Source of the DNA: a virus
Taxonomy: Duplodnaviria > Caudoviricetes
Direction: 5' to 3' (one strand)
DNA: 64,000 nt
IMG/VR virus record: IMGVR_UViG_3300015607_004069
Coordinates: 1 to 64,000 of that record
Shown: positions 49,189 to 58,641 of the stretch, one piece after another
Numbering within the stretch: position 1 is the first letter of the stretch
How the letters are laid out: each line of letters begins with the position of its first letter
The notes under the pieces: generated by a model
Database searches by the model: none
What the model was told of the DNA's origin: nothing
The model's input: the letters and a program-made list of their open reading frames with translations, nothing else
Translations under genes and position numbers: made by a program

Positions 49189-50257
49189 GTTGCCATATCA
49201 ACGGCAGTTACATGAAAAGTATGAGAGGTTTTTGACCTTATCTGAAATTGATAAACTCGATTACTATGCTAATCGCAGAGTGGCTATAAAATTCCTTGGT
49301 GGTCAGCATAAGGCGGTTGCTTTACGGTCTTCTGGCACTAGAGCAGCCCCTAAGATCTATGGCTGGGGGCCATATTTCAATGAGATGTACAGATTCATTT
49401 TGGACATTGTTACTAATTGTTCAGCCAGAAAGAGAGTGGCTGTTCAACTGGCCAAATCTGATTTTTCATCTGATACTTCTTTTGCATATCAGCACGATCT
49501 GTCGGATGACCACTTCATCGATACTATGCTGACCTTTTCTATTGGTAAGACAGGGATTGATAGGTCTGTTCAGAAATTGTTATCAAATGTCGATATTATT
49601 ATTGATCCGAATTTGCTGTATCTGCTGGATAGACATCTAGGGCTTGTTAAACATGTCGGCAGTGATTGCCGTTTCTTTTTTACTGGTAGTATTCTGACTG
49701 ATGAAGTCAAGGATCTAGTATCCGGCTTCAGGTGCTTTGATTGGATGAGGTCTTGGGATGGCGGTGCTACATTTTATACTTGTCAGTTCGGGAACAAACA
49801 CTGGTTGAATTTTGTGTCAGAACTGTATAGGACATACGATGGTAGATTGTTTTCTACTGATTTGTATAATGCTCACACTGTTCATTGTGACTATTTTAAT
49901 GGTGATATTGTTGAAGTTAATTCGAAGATCGGACGCTGTTTTTGTGGTTTGGACTATTATGATATCCAGTTTCAGGATCGTGGACGTTCTCTGACTGCTG
50001 TTTCACCTAATGGTCAGTTTTATTCGTATGCGGTTTTGAGGAATATCCTATTTAAGGTGAAATCGGATATAAGTTTTGATGATGTGTTTTATGATGTTTT
50101 TGATAATGAGATGGACATTGTTCTGATTGGTGACGTAGATGTTCAGGTCAAAAGCGAATATTTGAATGTATTAAGAACGATATATGATTTCAAGAGTGTT
50201 AGATACAAAGATTATTTAGACGACGGCCACAAAGTGAATCTGCTGAGGGTTAGATAA
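49172..50257 (+). CDS. Phenylacetate-CoA ligase/CapK-like adenylating enzyme
   Basis: RSSGTRAAPK (A3-like P-loop), FTGS.L, DWMRSWDGG, STDLYN, Y.NGD, CFCG; divergent. Confidence 0.6.
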   Translation: MNYQDRLPYQRQLHEKYERFLTLSEIDKLDYYANRRVAIKFLGGQHKAVALRSSGTRAAPKIYGWGPYFNEMYRFILDIVTNCSARKRVAVQLAKSDFSSDTSFAYQHDLSDDHFIDTMLTFSIGKTGIDRSVQKLLSNVDIIIDPNLLYLLDRHLGLVKHVGSDCRFFFTGSILTDEVKDLVSGFRCFDWMRSWDGGATFYTCQFGNKHWLNFVSELYRTYDGRLFSTDLYNAHTVHCDYFNGDIVEVNSKIGRCFCGLDYYDIQFQDRGRSLTAVSPNGQFYSYAVLRNILFKVKSDISFDDVFYDVFDNEMDIVLIGDVDVQVKSEYLNVLRTIYDFKSVRYKDYLDDGHKVNLLRVR

Positions 50258-50505
50258 TGGTAGCTATAATCGAACGCTCATTGCAATTAATTAGAGATTG
50301 TGAGATAGATATTGATTTAAGTAGTGATGTTCATTTGGTTGAGTTTTCCGAAATCAAGAACAGAATAGATAGCGCAATAGTCGGGTTTGTTGGAACTCAA
50401 GATCCGACTTGCTTCTGCAAGGAAGTTCCACCTATGTTTTCTAGTGCTTGTGATACTCCTCCTGATGTCACTGAGACTCCTCCTCCAGCGCCCGATTTTG
50501 GTTAA
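50257..50505 (+). CDS. Small Cys/Pro-containing protein (possible modified-peptide precursor)
   Basis: 82 aa, TAATG-coupled to the ligase; ends TCFCKEVPPMFSSACDTPPDVTETPPPAPDFG. Confidence 0.5.
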   Translation: MVAIIERSLQLIRDCEIDIDLSSDVHLVEFSEIKNRIDSAIVGFVGTQDPTCFCKEVPPMFSSACDTPPDVTETPPPAPDFG

Positions 50506-50550
50506 ACTGGTGTAAATAAAAATATAGTGTAGATGTGAAGGGGATTGCTC

Positions 50551-50859
50551 ATGCCATATGAAGTTAGAAAACAAGGCGATGGTTATAAAGTCTTTAAGAA
50601 AGGTACGCAAAAAGCGTATAGTGAAAAGCCACTGCCTAAGGCTAAGGCTGAGGCACAAATGCGAGCCATTTATGCTAACACACAGAATGAATCCAAAACC
50701 TATATGAATGATTTTGGCGCTAGAATTGATGAACTTCTGTCGGAAGAAATGCCTGATTTCATAAAAGAAAAGATCGAAAGCAAGAAGAATAAAGGCAAAA
50801 AGCCAGAAAAGAATGACAAGGAAGAATGCGATTACGGTGATGAAGATTGCGATAAGTAG
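50551..50859 (+). CDS. Small phage protein (MPY.VRK.G..YKV type)
   Basis: ATG 50551 after AAGGGG; preceded by TAAATA, followed by a terminator. Confidence 0.7.
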   Translation: MPYEVRKQGDGYKVFKKGTQKAYSEKPLPKAKAEAQMRAIYANTQNESKTYMNDFGARIDELLSEEMPDFIKEKIESKKNKGKKPEKNDKEECDYGDEDCDK

Positions 50860-50888
50860 TCATTAACTCAGTACAACGTGCACCATAT

Positions 50889-50929
50889 GAAACGAGCCGC
50901 ATCACAAATGCGGCTCGTTTCGTTTTTCT
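50889..50929 (+). terminator. Rho-independent terminator between convergent genes
   Basis: GAAACGAGCCGCAT-cacaa-ATGCGGCTCGTTTC 14-bp stem followed by GTTTTTCTT. Confidence 0.85.
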
Positions 50930-50946
50930 TGAGTATTTTATGTTTT

Positions 50947-52710
50947 TTACAGCGTCTGCCAGCTTGAGCCGTTAAAGAAATTCAATTCCGTCCCATTATA
51001 GTACATGTCACCGAATATCGGTGCTCGTCCGAGCAGAATTGTCAGGCGTGGTAGGACGTGTGTGGTGTAGAACGCCGGATCATTATCTGGTACTTTACTC
51101 TGATCAATGATCAAAGTCACGATCTTATGGCACAATGCACCACTATTTCCGTAGCGTTGGATGGCTGTGCTTGGGGTGATGCCGCCTTGTGCTTCCAAAT
51201 CGATCTGATTTCCTCTTCCCTGATCCTGTTCGGTAACATATCGATTGGTATCTGATGGTTCTACAGGGGCTGTTAGTCTTTCTGTGGAACCTACTAGAGC
51301 TTCGGCTTGGCCGCGAGTCGGAGTGTATTTGGGAACTCTGGAGATTCCGAAGCTGGAAATTCTGGTAGAGCTTGCATTGAAAGTGGTTTCTGCTGGTGAA
51401 CTGACAATGCTGTTGACGGCATCAAACAGGCCATCTATGGACCCACCAGAGACACCCCATATCGATGACAGCTGGACATGTCCTAGTCCGAAGCCCTGCA
51501 GATTGAGTTCGCTGGAAGTACCAGCGACTGATTTGAGGTTATCCAGTGAGTTTATGGCAACGACTTGACCAGCTATCATATCTCTGGTGAGATCGATGTA
51601 GGCGAATTCGATTGTGTCATTGCTGGGGTTATTCAGAGTAGTATTGTGAGTTGAGAAATAGAGCCGAATAGAGTCGGTCGTTCCAGTTCGTTCTATTTTA
51701 TTGATCCAGACCGGGTAGTACTCGCCACTAACATCGCCTGTAGGCTCATCGCTGGCTGGCGCTACTATATTGAATTCTCTGAATATGCCCTGTGGGATGG
51801 TGATGTCGTCTACCGATTTGCGATTGGCATTAGCGTCGAATGGGTAGTTAGTGCCTTCGATATATGACTGAATATCGGATTGAAGTGGTGGAACGCCGTT
51901 CCATGCTGAGCAGGTTAATAAGCCTGTACCATGAGTGATGACGCTGGTGGAGAAATCTCCGCTAGTGCCACCCGGCACCATATCGGCTGTCTCATATGTC
52001 GATGGGTTGAGGTACAGACCATCCGAGCCGGTTGTGGTATCGACTGGTTGTGCACAGGCTAGTAGGAATGACTGAACATCTGCTTGTGTCTGATCCAGTG
52101 TTTTGAAAGTGATGACACCTGATACTGTATTGATTTCAGCCGCATCGAGCACTGGGCTGTCGATAGTTGTGTCTTCCAGCGGGATGAGATCGACTACTTG
52201 ATAGGTCAGATTGCTTTCGATATCATAGTCAGCATAGACGAGGGCTGTTTCTGTTACGCTGTTGTCTTCTGCTCCGCTAAATATGAGTCGCAGTTTGCCT
52301 GTGAAGGTGTAGCTATCGCCATCTGTCGTAGCGGTGGTAGTGTTGACTCCACTTATTCTTTGAATTTTCCTGAGTCTTAAATTGTTCCACCGGGCTGGTA
52401 GGGAGATGTTTATATCCCAAATGAATCCGTATGGGATATTGACTATTTGGGTCCCAGCATTTAATTGGGCGGTTATGAGGAATGGGAATGTGGAGGCGTG
52501 TCCGACATTCAGGTAAAGGTTATCGAGTGCTTTGGCGATGATGAATATCTGATATTCCATGTCGCTCAAGGGACGATTCAGAACATCTGCATGAACCGGG
52601 TCGCCAACTACAAACCATCGTATTGTTACTGCTTGATTGGTAGTGATGGTTGAAAATATATTGCCGGGTGCAATCGACGGTACTAATGATGGATTGATGA
52701 TTACTGACAT
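50947..52710 (-). CDS. Putative virion structural protein
   Basis: 587 aa, Thr/Ser/Asp-rich beta-type; GDPV.ADVLNRPL motif typical of tail/baseplate attachment N-termini. Confidence 0.6.
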   Translation of the reverse strand: MSVIINPSLVPSIAPGNIFSTITTNQAVTIRWFVVGDPVHADVLNRPLSDMEYQIFIIAKALDNLYLNVGHASTFPFLITAQLNAGTQIVNIPYGFIWDINISLPARWNNLRLRKIQRISGVNTTTATTDGDSYTFTGKLRLIFSGAEDNSVTETALVYADYDIESNLTYQVVDLIPLEDTTIDSPVLDAAEINTVSGVITFKTLDQTQADVQSFLLACAQPVDTTTGSDGLYLNPSTYETADMVPGGTSGDFSTSVITHGTGLLTCSAWNGVPPLQSDIQSYIEGTNYPFDANANRKSVDDITIPQGIFREFNIVAPASDEPTGDVSGEYYPVWINKIERTGTTDSIRLYFSTHNTTLNNPSNDTIEFAYIDLTRDMIAGQVVAINSLDNLKSVAGTSSELNLQGFGLGHVQLSSIWGVSGGSIDGLFDAVNSIVSSPAETTFNASSTRISSFGISRVPKYTPTRGQAEALVGSTERLTAPVEPSDTNRYVTEQDQGRGNQIDLEAQGGITPSTAIQRYGNSGALCHKIVTLIIDQSKVPDNDPAFYTTHVLPRLTILLGRAPIFGDMYYNGTELNFFNGSSWQTL

Positions 52711-52824
52711 TTTGTTGGTCCTGATTTAAAGATTGCTTTCTATATATGTTTGAATATGAATGTCAAATCAGTTGAGCACTGTCTGTAAAGTTAAATAGTA
52801 GCGTTGTTTCATCGGGTGGGTTAT

Positions 52825-53922
52825 ATGGACGATTTTTATCAAAATGCCTTTAGCTCTCTAAGCACGTTCAACGATGCTCAAAACAACCTTAATGCGCTTC
52901 AGACAAACCATAAGAATGCATTGAACAATCTATGTAATGAGCTGGCTAAGGCAATCAGAGATATAATGCCAGACAAAATATCAATCGAATTATGTGGCAC
53001 CAAGCTGAAGATCTCATATTTGTCAAAATTCATATCGCTTGAGCCTGACTTAGAGAACAAACTCTGGCGAATCGAAGCATCGGGACCGCGTTTTGCAGCC
53101 AAATTCAAGCAGAAATGTGGTAATAGTTGCAATATGACCATGGCTGGGTTAAAAGATCTGGCCAAGTCGATTACTGAGTTTTTTACCGGTAACTTCAAAA
53201 CTATGAAGAAATTGATTTCTGAAACAGAAATTCATTCTTTCAGACGCAAACAACACGACACTGATTTTCCGTTTTCAGCAACTCAGAAGCTGTTGAACAA
53301 ATCTGGTAAGCCAGATGCGGTCAAGACTTCTGATAAGCCTATAGCCGGAAAAATCGAAATGCTTGGTGAACAAATGGCTGATAACAATCAATATAAGTCT
53401 GAATACGATGCAAATCAAGCTAAAGCTGCTAGCGAATATCGTAAAGACATGACTGATAGAAACACCAAGAAAAAGACTGATCGTGACGCTGCTTATGGTC
53501 GAATGAATCCTAAAAAGATCTTGGGTGAAGAAATGGCCGCTTCGGCTCAACCGGCTGATGGCCTGAAGGTTCTCAATAAGGCTATGCAGGCCACAGGTCT
53601 TCACAAGGCTCTGGCTAAGGCCAATGTGAAAAATATGCTGTCCAAAGACAGACAATCTATCGTTTTCTATGTTCCCATGGGTAATGGCCAGATTCGGCCT
53701 ATATTATCATTGTCTCTGATCAACATGATGAAGCCAAATGAGCTAGAAACGGCATTAGATAGCCTTGGCGACATTTCGAAAAATCAGGCTCCGGGCATGG
53801 GCAAGCAAGAACGTCAACGAATCAAGGACCATGAAAATGCCTTGAGGCAGGCGGCTAAGCAGTTCATCCCTCAATCTCCACAACAACCCAAGCCAATTCC
53901 ACAAGTCTTTGCTAATGTTTAA
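52825..53922 (+). CDS. Hypothetical protein
   Basis: ORF track 52804-53922, ATG 52825; repeated LGE(E/Q)MA motif; TTAAATA upstream. Confidence 0.65.
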   Translation: MDDFYQNAFSSLSTFNDAQNNLNALQTNHKNALNNLCNELAKAIRDIMPDKISIELCGTKLKISYLSKFISLEPDLENKLWRIEASGPRFAAKFKQKCGNSCNMTMAGLKDLAKSITEFFTGNFKTMKKLISETEIHSFRRKQHDTDFPFSATQKLLNKSGKPDAVKTSDKPIAGKIEMLGEQMADNNQYKSEYDANQAKAASEYRKDMTDRNTKKKTDRDAAYGRMNPKKILGEEMAASAQPADGLKVLNKAMQATGLHKALAKANVKNMLSKDRQSIVFYVPMGNGQIRPILSLSLINMMKPNELETALDSLGDISKNQAPGMGKQERQRIKDHENALRQAAKQFIPQSPQQPKPIPQVFANV

Positions 53923-54073
53923 TGACACCTTGCAGGACATTATCACTAGCGGTTATCGAGAATCACGAGTATGGGTTCTCGATAACCGAGTTTATATTAT
54001 GGTGCGTAACGCTGAAGGTGACACCAAGACATTTGAAATAATAAACAACGAATTATTTGCTATTAAAGAATAG
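53915..54073 (+). CDS. Small hypothetical protein (52 aa, not in ORF track)
   Basis: MFNDTLQDIITSGYRESRVWVLDNRVYIMVRNAEGDTKTFEIINNELFAIKE; overlaps the previous stop and fills the gap. Confidence 0.45.
   Translation: MFNDTLQDIITSGYRESRVWVLDNRVYIMVRNAEGDTKTFEIINNELFAIKE
53950..53988. other. 13-bp perfect inverted repeat (possible terminator/hairpin)
   Basis: CGGTTATCGAGAA / TTCTCGATAACCG followed by AGTTTATATT. Confidence 0.5.
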
Positions 54074-54132
54074 TCTTCTGTCGTAGTTAAAAATAGAGTT
54101 GAACCGAAACAAAAGTGACTAGAGGTATTCAC

Positions 54133-55374
54133 ATGCGAAAGCTAATGCTAGCTATTCTGCTAGGCATGGTAGCAACCACATCATTTGCTCAAACGCCCAC
54201 TACTAACCCAGCAAATCCTGTGCCTCCACAGGTGCAACCAGCCCAGATACCACCAGATGGAGTACCCAAGAGATTTAAGGAATGGTCTAACGCCTCAAGG
54301 AATTTCAGTGGCGTTGTTGTCAAGGCGAGAGTCGGTGAATCTGAAACCAAAATGCAGGAAGTTCAGATATCTTCACCGACTGAACTGAAAGTCCCAGCCG
54401 GGACGAGCCTGACAGAACTGACCATCGACTACAAAGGTCGTGCATTGTGGTTCATCTATAATGAAGGAATCACCAGCCGATCTGGTGTGCTTGATGGCCA
54501 AAATGTCTGCATCATCAGCACTGCTGGCCTTTCCAATCTGACTATACGAGTAGCCGTCATAGGTGTAGTCAATAACGACCCGGCCTTGCTAGTTGAATAC
54601 CACGTCATTATAGGAACACCGGACAATAAGCCTCCTATTGTACCCATTGTACCTGATGTCATCAAACCACCAGACGATGTGTCGCCTGATGTCAAGCCTG
54701 ATCCTCTGCCCAACCCGGTCTTTGACGATCTGGTAGACAAGCTTCAGGACGCAGCTGATCTCGATATTCAGGCAAAGAAGATAACTGGCAACACTGTTCT
54801 TGCACTTCAGACCATTTACAGCAATGCAGGCAATAAGACTAAGATGTCTATTGTCGATTTGTATAAATGGCTTGGTGAACAGTATACCACTGCAGACAAC
54901 GCAAAGGCTTTGCTTGATAGCGGTAGGAATTTGCGAACTGCTATCAATGGCGTGTTGAGTAAAGAAATCTCGCCTTTTCATGCAAAGGGTGCGAACCTGA
55001 CTGATGCTGATTGGTCCAAGGTCAAAGCCGTTCTACGTGGGCTGTCTGATGCTTTAGGTAAAATAAAGATTGAGGGCACTTTAAGTGGTACTCTCAGTGT
55101 GGTATTTGTAAGTAATAAGGATACTATCACTATTCCAGAAGCCAAGATCAGAGCTTCTCAGACTCTCAGGACTTGGTTGACGGATAATGGATTTAAGTCC
55201 GAGTTCCTTTATCTGGAAAACAAATTCGTCAAGGATAAGATGCCGAAAATTATTGAGAAGTACAAGACACCCATGGTGATGATCATCAATGATAAAGGTC
55301 AGTATAAGGCGTTTCCGATGCCGAATACTGAAGAAGAAGTCATCAAGATGATTAAAGAAAAAACCGGTAAATAA
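54133..55374 (+). CDS. Secreted/periplasmic protein with Pro-rich linkers
   Basis: MRKLMLAILLGMVATTSFA signal peptide; GAGGT RBS; PDVKPDPLPNP linker. Confidence 0.75.
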   Translation: MRKLMLAILLGMVATTSFAQTPTTNPANPVPPQVQPAQIPPDGVPKRFKEWSNASRNFSGVVVKARVGESETKMQEVQISSPTELKVPAGTSLTELTIDYKGRALWFIYNEGITSRSGVLDGQNVCIISTAGLSNLTIRVAVIGVVNNDPALLVEYHVIIGTPDNKPPIVPIVPDVIKPPDDVSPDVKPDPLPNPVFDDLVDKLQDAADLDIQAKKITGNTVLALQTIYSNAGNKTKMSIVDLYKWLGEQYTTADNAKALLDSGRNLRTAINGVLSKEISPFHAKGANLTDADWSKVKAVLRGLSDALGKIKIEGTLSGTLSVVFVSNKDTITIPEAKIRASQTLRTWLTDNGFKSEFLYLENKFVKDKMPKIIEKYKTPMVMIINDKGQYKAFPMPNTEEEVIKMIKEKTGK

Positions 55375-55406
55375 CCATCCATTTGTAACCACATAAGGTA
55401 AGAACA

Positions 55407-56282
55407 ATGCAACACGATATCATGACACCGGAAGGATATGCCGCGATTGCTCGTGAGATGGGCTGTGATCCCGCCTCAAATAACGTCATATCAGTTAATG
55501 GTCAACAGATGGCATGTGGCTGGTCCCCTCCGGACAGAGCCAAATTCCACTCTGTTCCGGTGTCGCCTCATAAAGTCCGAGATCGAGCTTCTTGGACTGA
55601 TCACTCTCTGGCCAATCACACGCCAGCTATCTATGACCAGAATCCACAAAGTTCATGTGTCGGCCATGGTGCCGCCACTGGCTTCGGGACGGCATGGAGT
55701 CTGGCTGGTTTCAAACCACAGCGATTTAGTCCATGCTTCGTGTATGGCTTAATCAATGGTGGGCGTGATAATGGTGCCAATGTTATTGATTCTCTGACAG
55801 TTCTTCGTGACTATGGAATCTGTCTCGAATCGACAGTCGGACCACGTGAAATCTGGCAGCAGCGATGGCCAGCCAATGCCAAGGTTGAAGCCAAACGGTT
55901 TAAGGGTATTGCCTTTAAACGCGTTGAGAATTATGATGGTATTGTTGATGCTATCCTAGGCAACAAGCCAGTTGTTCTTGGTGTGTTCATTGGCAATAAC
56001 TTCAATCCTGCCGCTGATGGTCGTCTGCCTCGCTGGGATCGTCGTCGCACTGGCGGTCATTGTATGGCTGTTTGCGAAGTGAAGCTGTTCCCCGGTGAGT
56101 CAGAACACCGCATTGGCTTGCCCAATTCATGGGGTACTTGGTTCGGTAAGGCTGGTTGGTGTTATGCTGGCCGGTCTTATGTTGATGAGCAGCTCGATTT
56201 CTTCGAGGCTTATGCTATTGAGGTCGTTGAGAACGACGCTAATAATCCTAATACACTTCCTGAACCTACTCAAGAAGCGTAA
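55407..56282 (+). CDS. Papain-like (C1 family) cysteine peptidase
   Basis: DQNPQSSCVGHG (Gln/Cys), GGHCM (His), NSWGTWFG..G (Asn). Confidence 0.92.
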   Translation: MQHDIMTPEGYAAIAREMGCDPASNNVISVNGQQMACGWSPPDRAKFHSVPVSPHKVRDRASWTDHSLANHTPAIYDQNPQSSCVGHGAATGFGTAWSLAGFKPQRFSPCFVYGLINGGRDNGANVIDSLTVLRDYGICLESTVGPREIWQQRWPANAKVEAKRFKGIAFKRVENYDGIVDAILGNKPVVLGVFIGNNFNPAADGRLPRWDRRRTGGHCMAVCEVKLFPGESEHRIGLPNSWGTWFGKAGWCYAGRSYVDEQLDFFEAYAIEVVENDANNPNTLPEPTQEA

Positions 56283-56325
56283 TTGAACTCTGCTTTACGA
56301 TTGTTAACTATTTGGAGTCTCACTA

Positions 56326-56799
56326 ATGGAAGTTTCCGCTATGGCATCGACCGGTCAGCTGGTTGGTGCCCCCTCTGATGTGAAGAACATCATTGAAACA
56401 ATCATGTGGCCTTTGAGCGTTCTTTCCAAGGTGACGAATTGGGAAGCCGCCAAGAATTTTCACATTGCCCTTGGTGAACTAGTCAAATCTGATGCCTTCT
56501 TGAAGGCAGTCAGCGAGCTTATTGACTTGCTGAAGAAGAACCCGAATGCTATTTCTCAGACACCTCAATTTGTAGCTGAGGTGCCGCAATCTTTCATGGG
56601 TTCTGCTGTTTTCAATGACATCTTCCGCTGGTGTGCTGATAACAACCAGCTTGTTTCGGCTATTCCTTCATGGTTGATGATGATCTTTTCCATGATTGAT
56701 TGGAAGAAGGTTCTGGAGTTGCTTACTCAGTGGTTCGACAAGACTCCACCTGCTCCGCTTCCTCCTCCGACGACTGAGCCAGTTCTGCCGCCTGTGTAG
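56326..56799 (+). CDS. Hypothetical protein with amphipathic C-terminal helix
   Basis: 157 aa, GGAG RBS, IPSWLMMIFSMIDWKKVLELL, Pro-rich tail. Confidence 0.65.
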   Translation: MEVSAMASTGQLVGAPSDVKNIIETIMWPLSVLSKVTNWEAAKNFHIALGELVKSDAFLKAVSELIDLLKKNPNAISQTPQFVAEVPQSFMGSAVFNDIFRWCADNNQLVSAIPSWLMMIFSMIDWKKVLELLTQWFDKTPPAPLPPPTTEPVLPPV

Positions 56800-56818
56800 T
56801 CTGCTCGAATTAACATTG

Positions 56819-56850
56819 TGGCCTAGCATGAAAATATGTTAGGCCATTTT
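56819..56850 (+). terminator. Possible terminator hairpin
   Basis: TGGCCTAGCAT / ATGTTAGGCCA stem followed by TTTT. Confidence 0.5.
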
Positions 56851-56878
56851 CCTAGTGACCAAGACTATCCTATAGGAG

Positions 56879-57229
56879 ATGATGATGAGAAGCCTTTTGA
56901 CGTTATTGTGCCTGTTCTGTGTTGGAATGTGTTATGCCAGTGAGGAGAATCCGGTTCCAACTGATCTGATTGTGTTTGTGGCTCAGCCAGAGGCAGTCGC
57001 TTCTGATGACTGCGCTGCTTGTCAATCTCGTCAGCAGAATGTGGCTACTAAGAATGTGGCTGCTGATAGCTGTTCGAACGGAACTTGTTCTACCAGTTCT
57101 GTTGGCAGTGTTAATATGAAGTCGGTTGGTCGTTCTGTTCGTGAGCCGAAGGTGCGCAGGGGTCTATTTGGCAGATCGTTTAGCAGGGTCCGTGGGAGTG
57201 GCTCTTGCTCAAGCGGTGGTTGCCAGTAG
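56879..57229 (+). CDS. Small secreted Cys-rich protein
   Basis: Signal peptide; CAAC, CSNGTC, RRGLFGR, CSSGGC motifs. Confidence 0.7.
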   Translation: MMMRSLLTLLCLFCVGMCYASEENPVPTDLIVFVAQPEAVASDDCAACQSRQQNVATKNVAADSCSNGTCSTSSVGSVNMKSVGRSVREPKVRRGLFGRSFSRVRGSGSCSSGGCQ

Positions 57230-57436
57230 ATCCTTGTATCGTGCGACTTGGGCGGCTATTTTTTCATAGGCGTTGATGCCGAAATGATCTTGAATGAATT
57301 GGTCCAAATCCTTTATAGGGATTTGGACCAATTCATTTACTTTATCATGGTTGCCCATTCCGCCTAAGAAGCTGATGATTGAATTTCTGATGCTTTCTAT
57401 TTCGATATTGTGATTTGGCATGATTTTTCCTGACAA
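57209..57436 (-). CDS. Hypothetical protein
   Basis: 75-aa ORF filling the gap. Confidence 0.45.
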   Translation of the reverse strand: MSGKIMPNHNIEIESIRNSIISFLGGMGNHDKVNELVQIPIKDLDQFIQDHFGINAYEKIAAQVARYKDLLATTA

Positions 57437-57583
57437 ATTGGTTTATTTGACTTTCTATTTATAGCACATTTTATACTGAATGATGAAAAATATATTAGGT
57501 GCATGAGCATCTGATTTCTGGAAGTCCGATCTGATATTGGCATAAGGCAACAGGCTGCATCAGATATTTTATAGGAGCAAATC

Positions 57584-57937
57584 ATGCCAATCACCAACCC
57601 TGCTGCTATTCAATTCAGTAATGAGAAGCTGCGAGTGGCGGCTAACTTGATAGCCCAGCTGGACAACTTCGCCGCCAGCATCCTGAATGAGTGGACGGCT
57701 CTGGGAGGCACAGCGCTGATCCCTAACACTTCTGATGTGTTGCGGGATGGGGCTAGTCCTACCGATGATGTTGGCACTGGTGGTGATGGTCGCCCTGTAG
57801 TGACTGGAGCCAAATTGAACAACATTATCAACCGCCTGACTGAACTGCGTGCCTCCAATGCTGCTAATGGTTTAGCGTTAGGTGTAGAGGGCGTTCGCGA
57901 CACGGTGTTACAGGTTGCCGTCGTAACGATGCGATAA
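57584..57937 (+). CDS. Hypothetical virion-associated protein
   Basis: 117 aa, AGGAG RBS, first gene of the LamG block. Confidence 0.7.
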   Translation: MPITNPAAIQFSNEKLRVAANLIAQLDNFAASILNEWTALGGTALIPNTSDVLRDGASPTDDVGTGGDGRPVVTGAKLNNIINRLTELRASNAANGLALGVEGVRDTVLQVAVVTMR

Positions 57938-57971
57938 TCAACGGCGATCGGAGAAGTCGGCTTTCTCTGGC

Positions 57972-58133
57972 GTGACAAAGGCTGATCTCCGGGCGGCTTT
58001 CAATGACCTTGATACTTTTCTCAATGACAATGCGGCGGCGATTAACACGGCAATCCCACAACCACTGACAACTGAACAGAAAGCCCGATTGCTGATGGAA
58101 GTCGTTCGTCGTCGTTACTTAACAGGAGCTTAA
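57972..58133 (+). pseudogene. Small or N-terminally truncated ORF (VTKADLRAAFNDLDTFLNDNAAAINTAIPQP...RRRYLTGA)
   Basis: Protein-like helical frame filling the gap and supplying the AGGAG RBS of the next gene, but with no well-placed start. Confidence 0.4.
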
Positions 58134-58136
58134 CCA

Positions 58137-58640
58137 GTGGCAACAGTCTATCGAGAAATTGATATCTGGTCTGATGTTCCCCCTGCGTCTAACTTTCCAA
58201 CGAAAGATGTATTCAGTGGTACGAACTTTCCGGTGAAGGTGCTGGCATTTGATGCTGCTACAGAGGAGACGACTTACTACTTCTTTCAAATGCCGGTCTA
58301 TGGCAGCGGGAACATTACTTGCAAGGTGCAATGGTACGGAGACACAGCGTCGAGCGGCGATACTATTTGGGGAGCTGCGCTAGCTGCGATTACGCCGAAC
58401 ACAGACACGCAAGATATTGAAACCAAGGCATTTGCTGCTGCTCAGACTGTAACAGATTCGCATTTGGGCACGACTAACCAGCGGCTTCATGAGGCTGTTA
58501 TAACAATCGGCAATCTTGATAGCGTAGCGGCTGGTGATTGGTGCTGTTTGAAGCTCTATCGTGATGCAGATGCAGGTGGCGACACGATGGCTGGTGATGC
58601 GTTGCTTGCTGGGCTGCTTCTGTCGTGGAGCGATACATAA
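58137..58640 (+). CDS. Hypothetical beta-sandwich virion protein
   Basis: 167 aa, AGGAG RBS + GTG, beta-rich. Confidence 0.7.
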   Translation: MATVYREIDIWSDVPPASNFPTKDVFSGTNFPVKVLAFDAATEETTYYFFQMPVYGSGNITCKVQWYGDTASSGDTIWGAALAAITPNTDTQDIETKAFAAAQTVTDSHLGTTNQRLHEAVITIGNLDSVAAGDWCCLKLYRDADAGGDTMAGDALLAGLLLSWSDT

Positions 58641-58641
58641 T

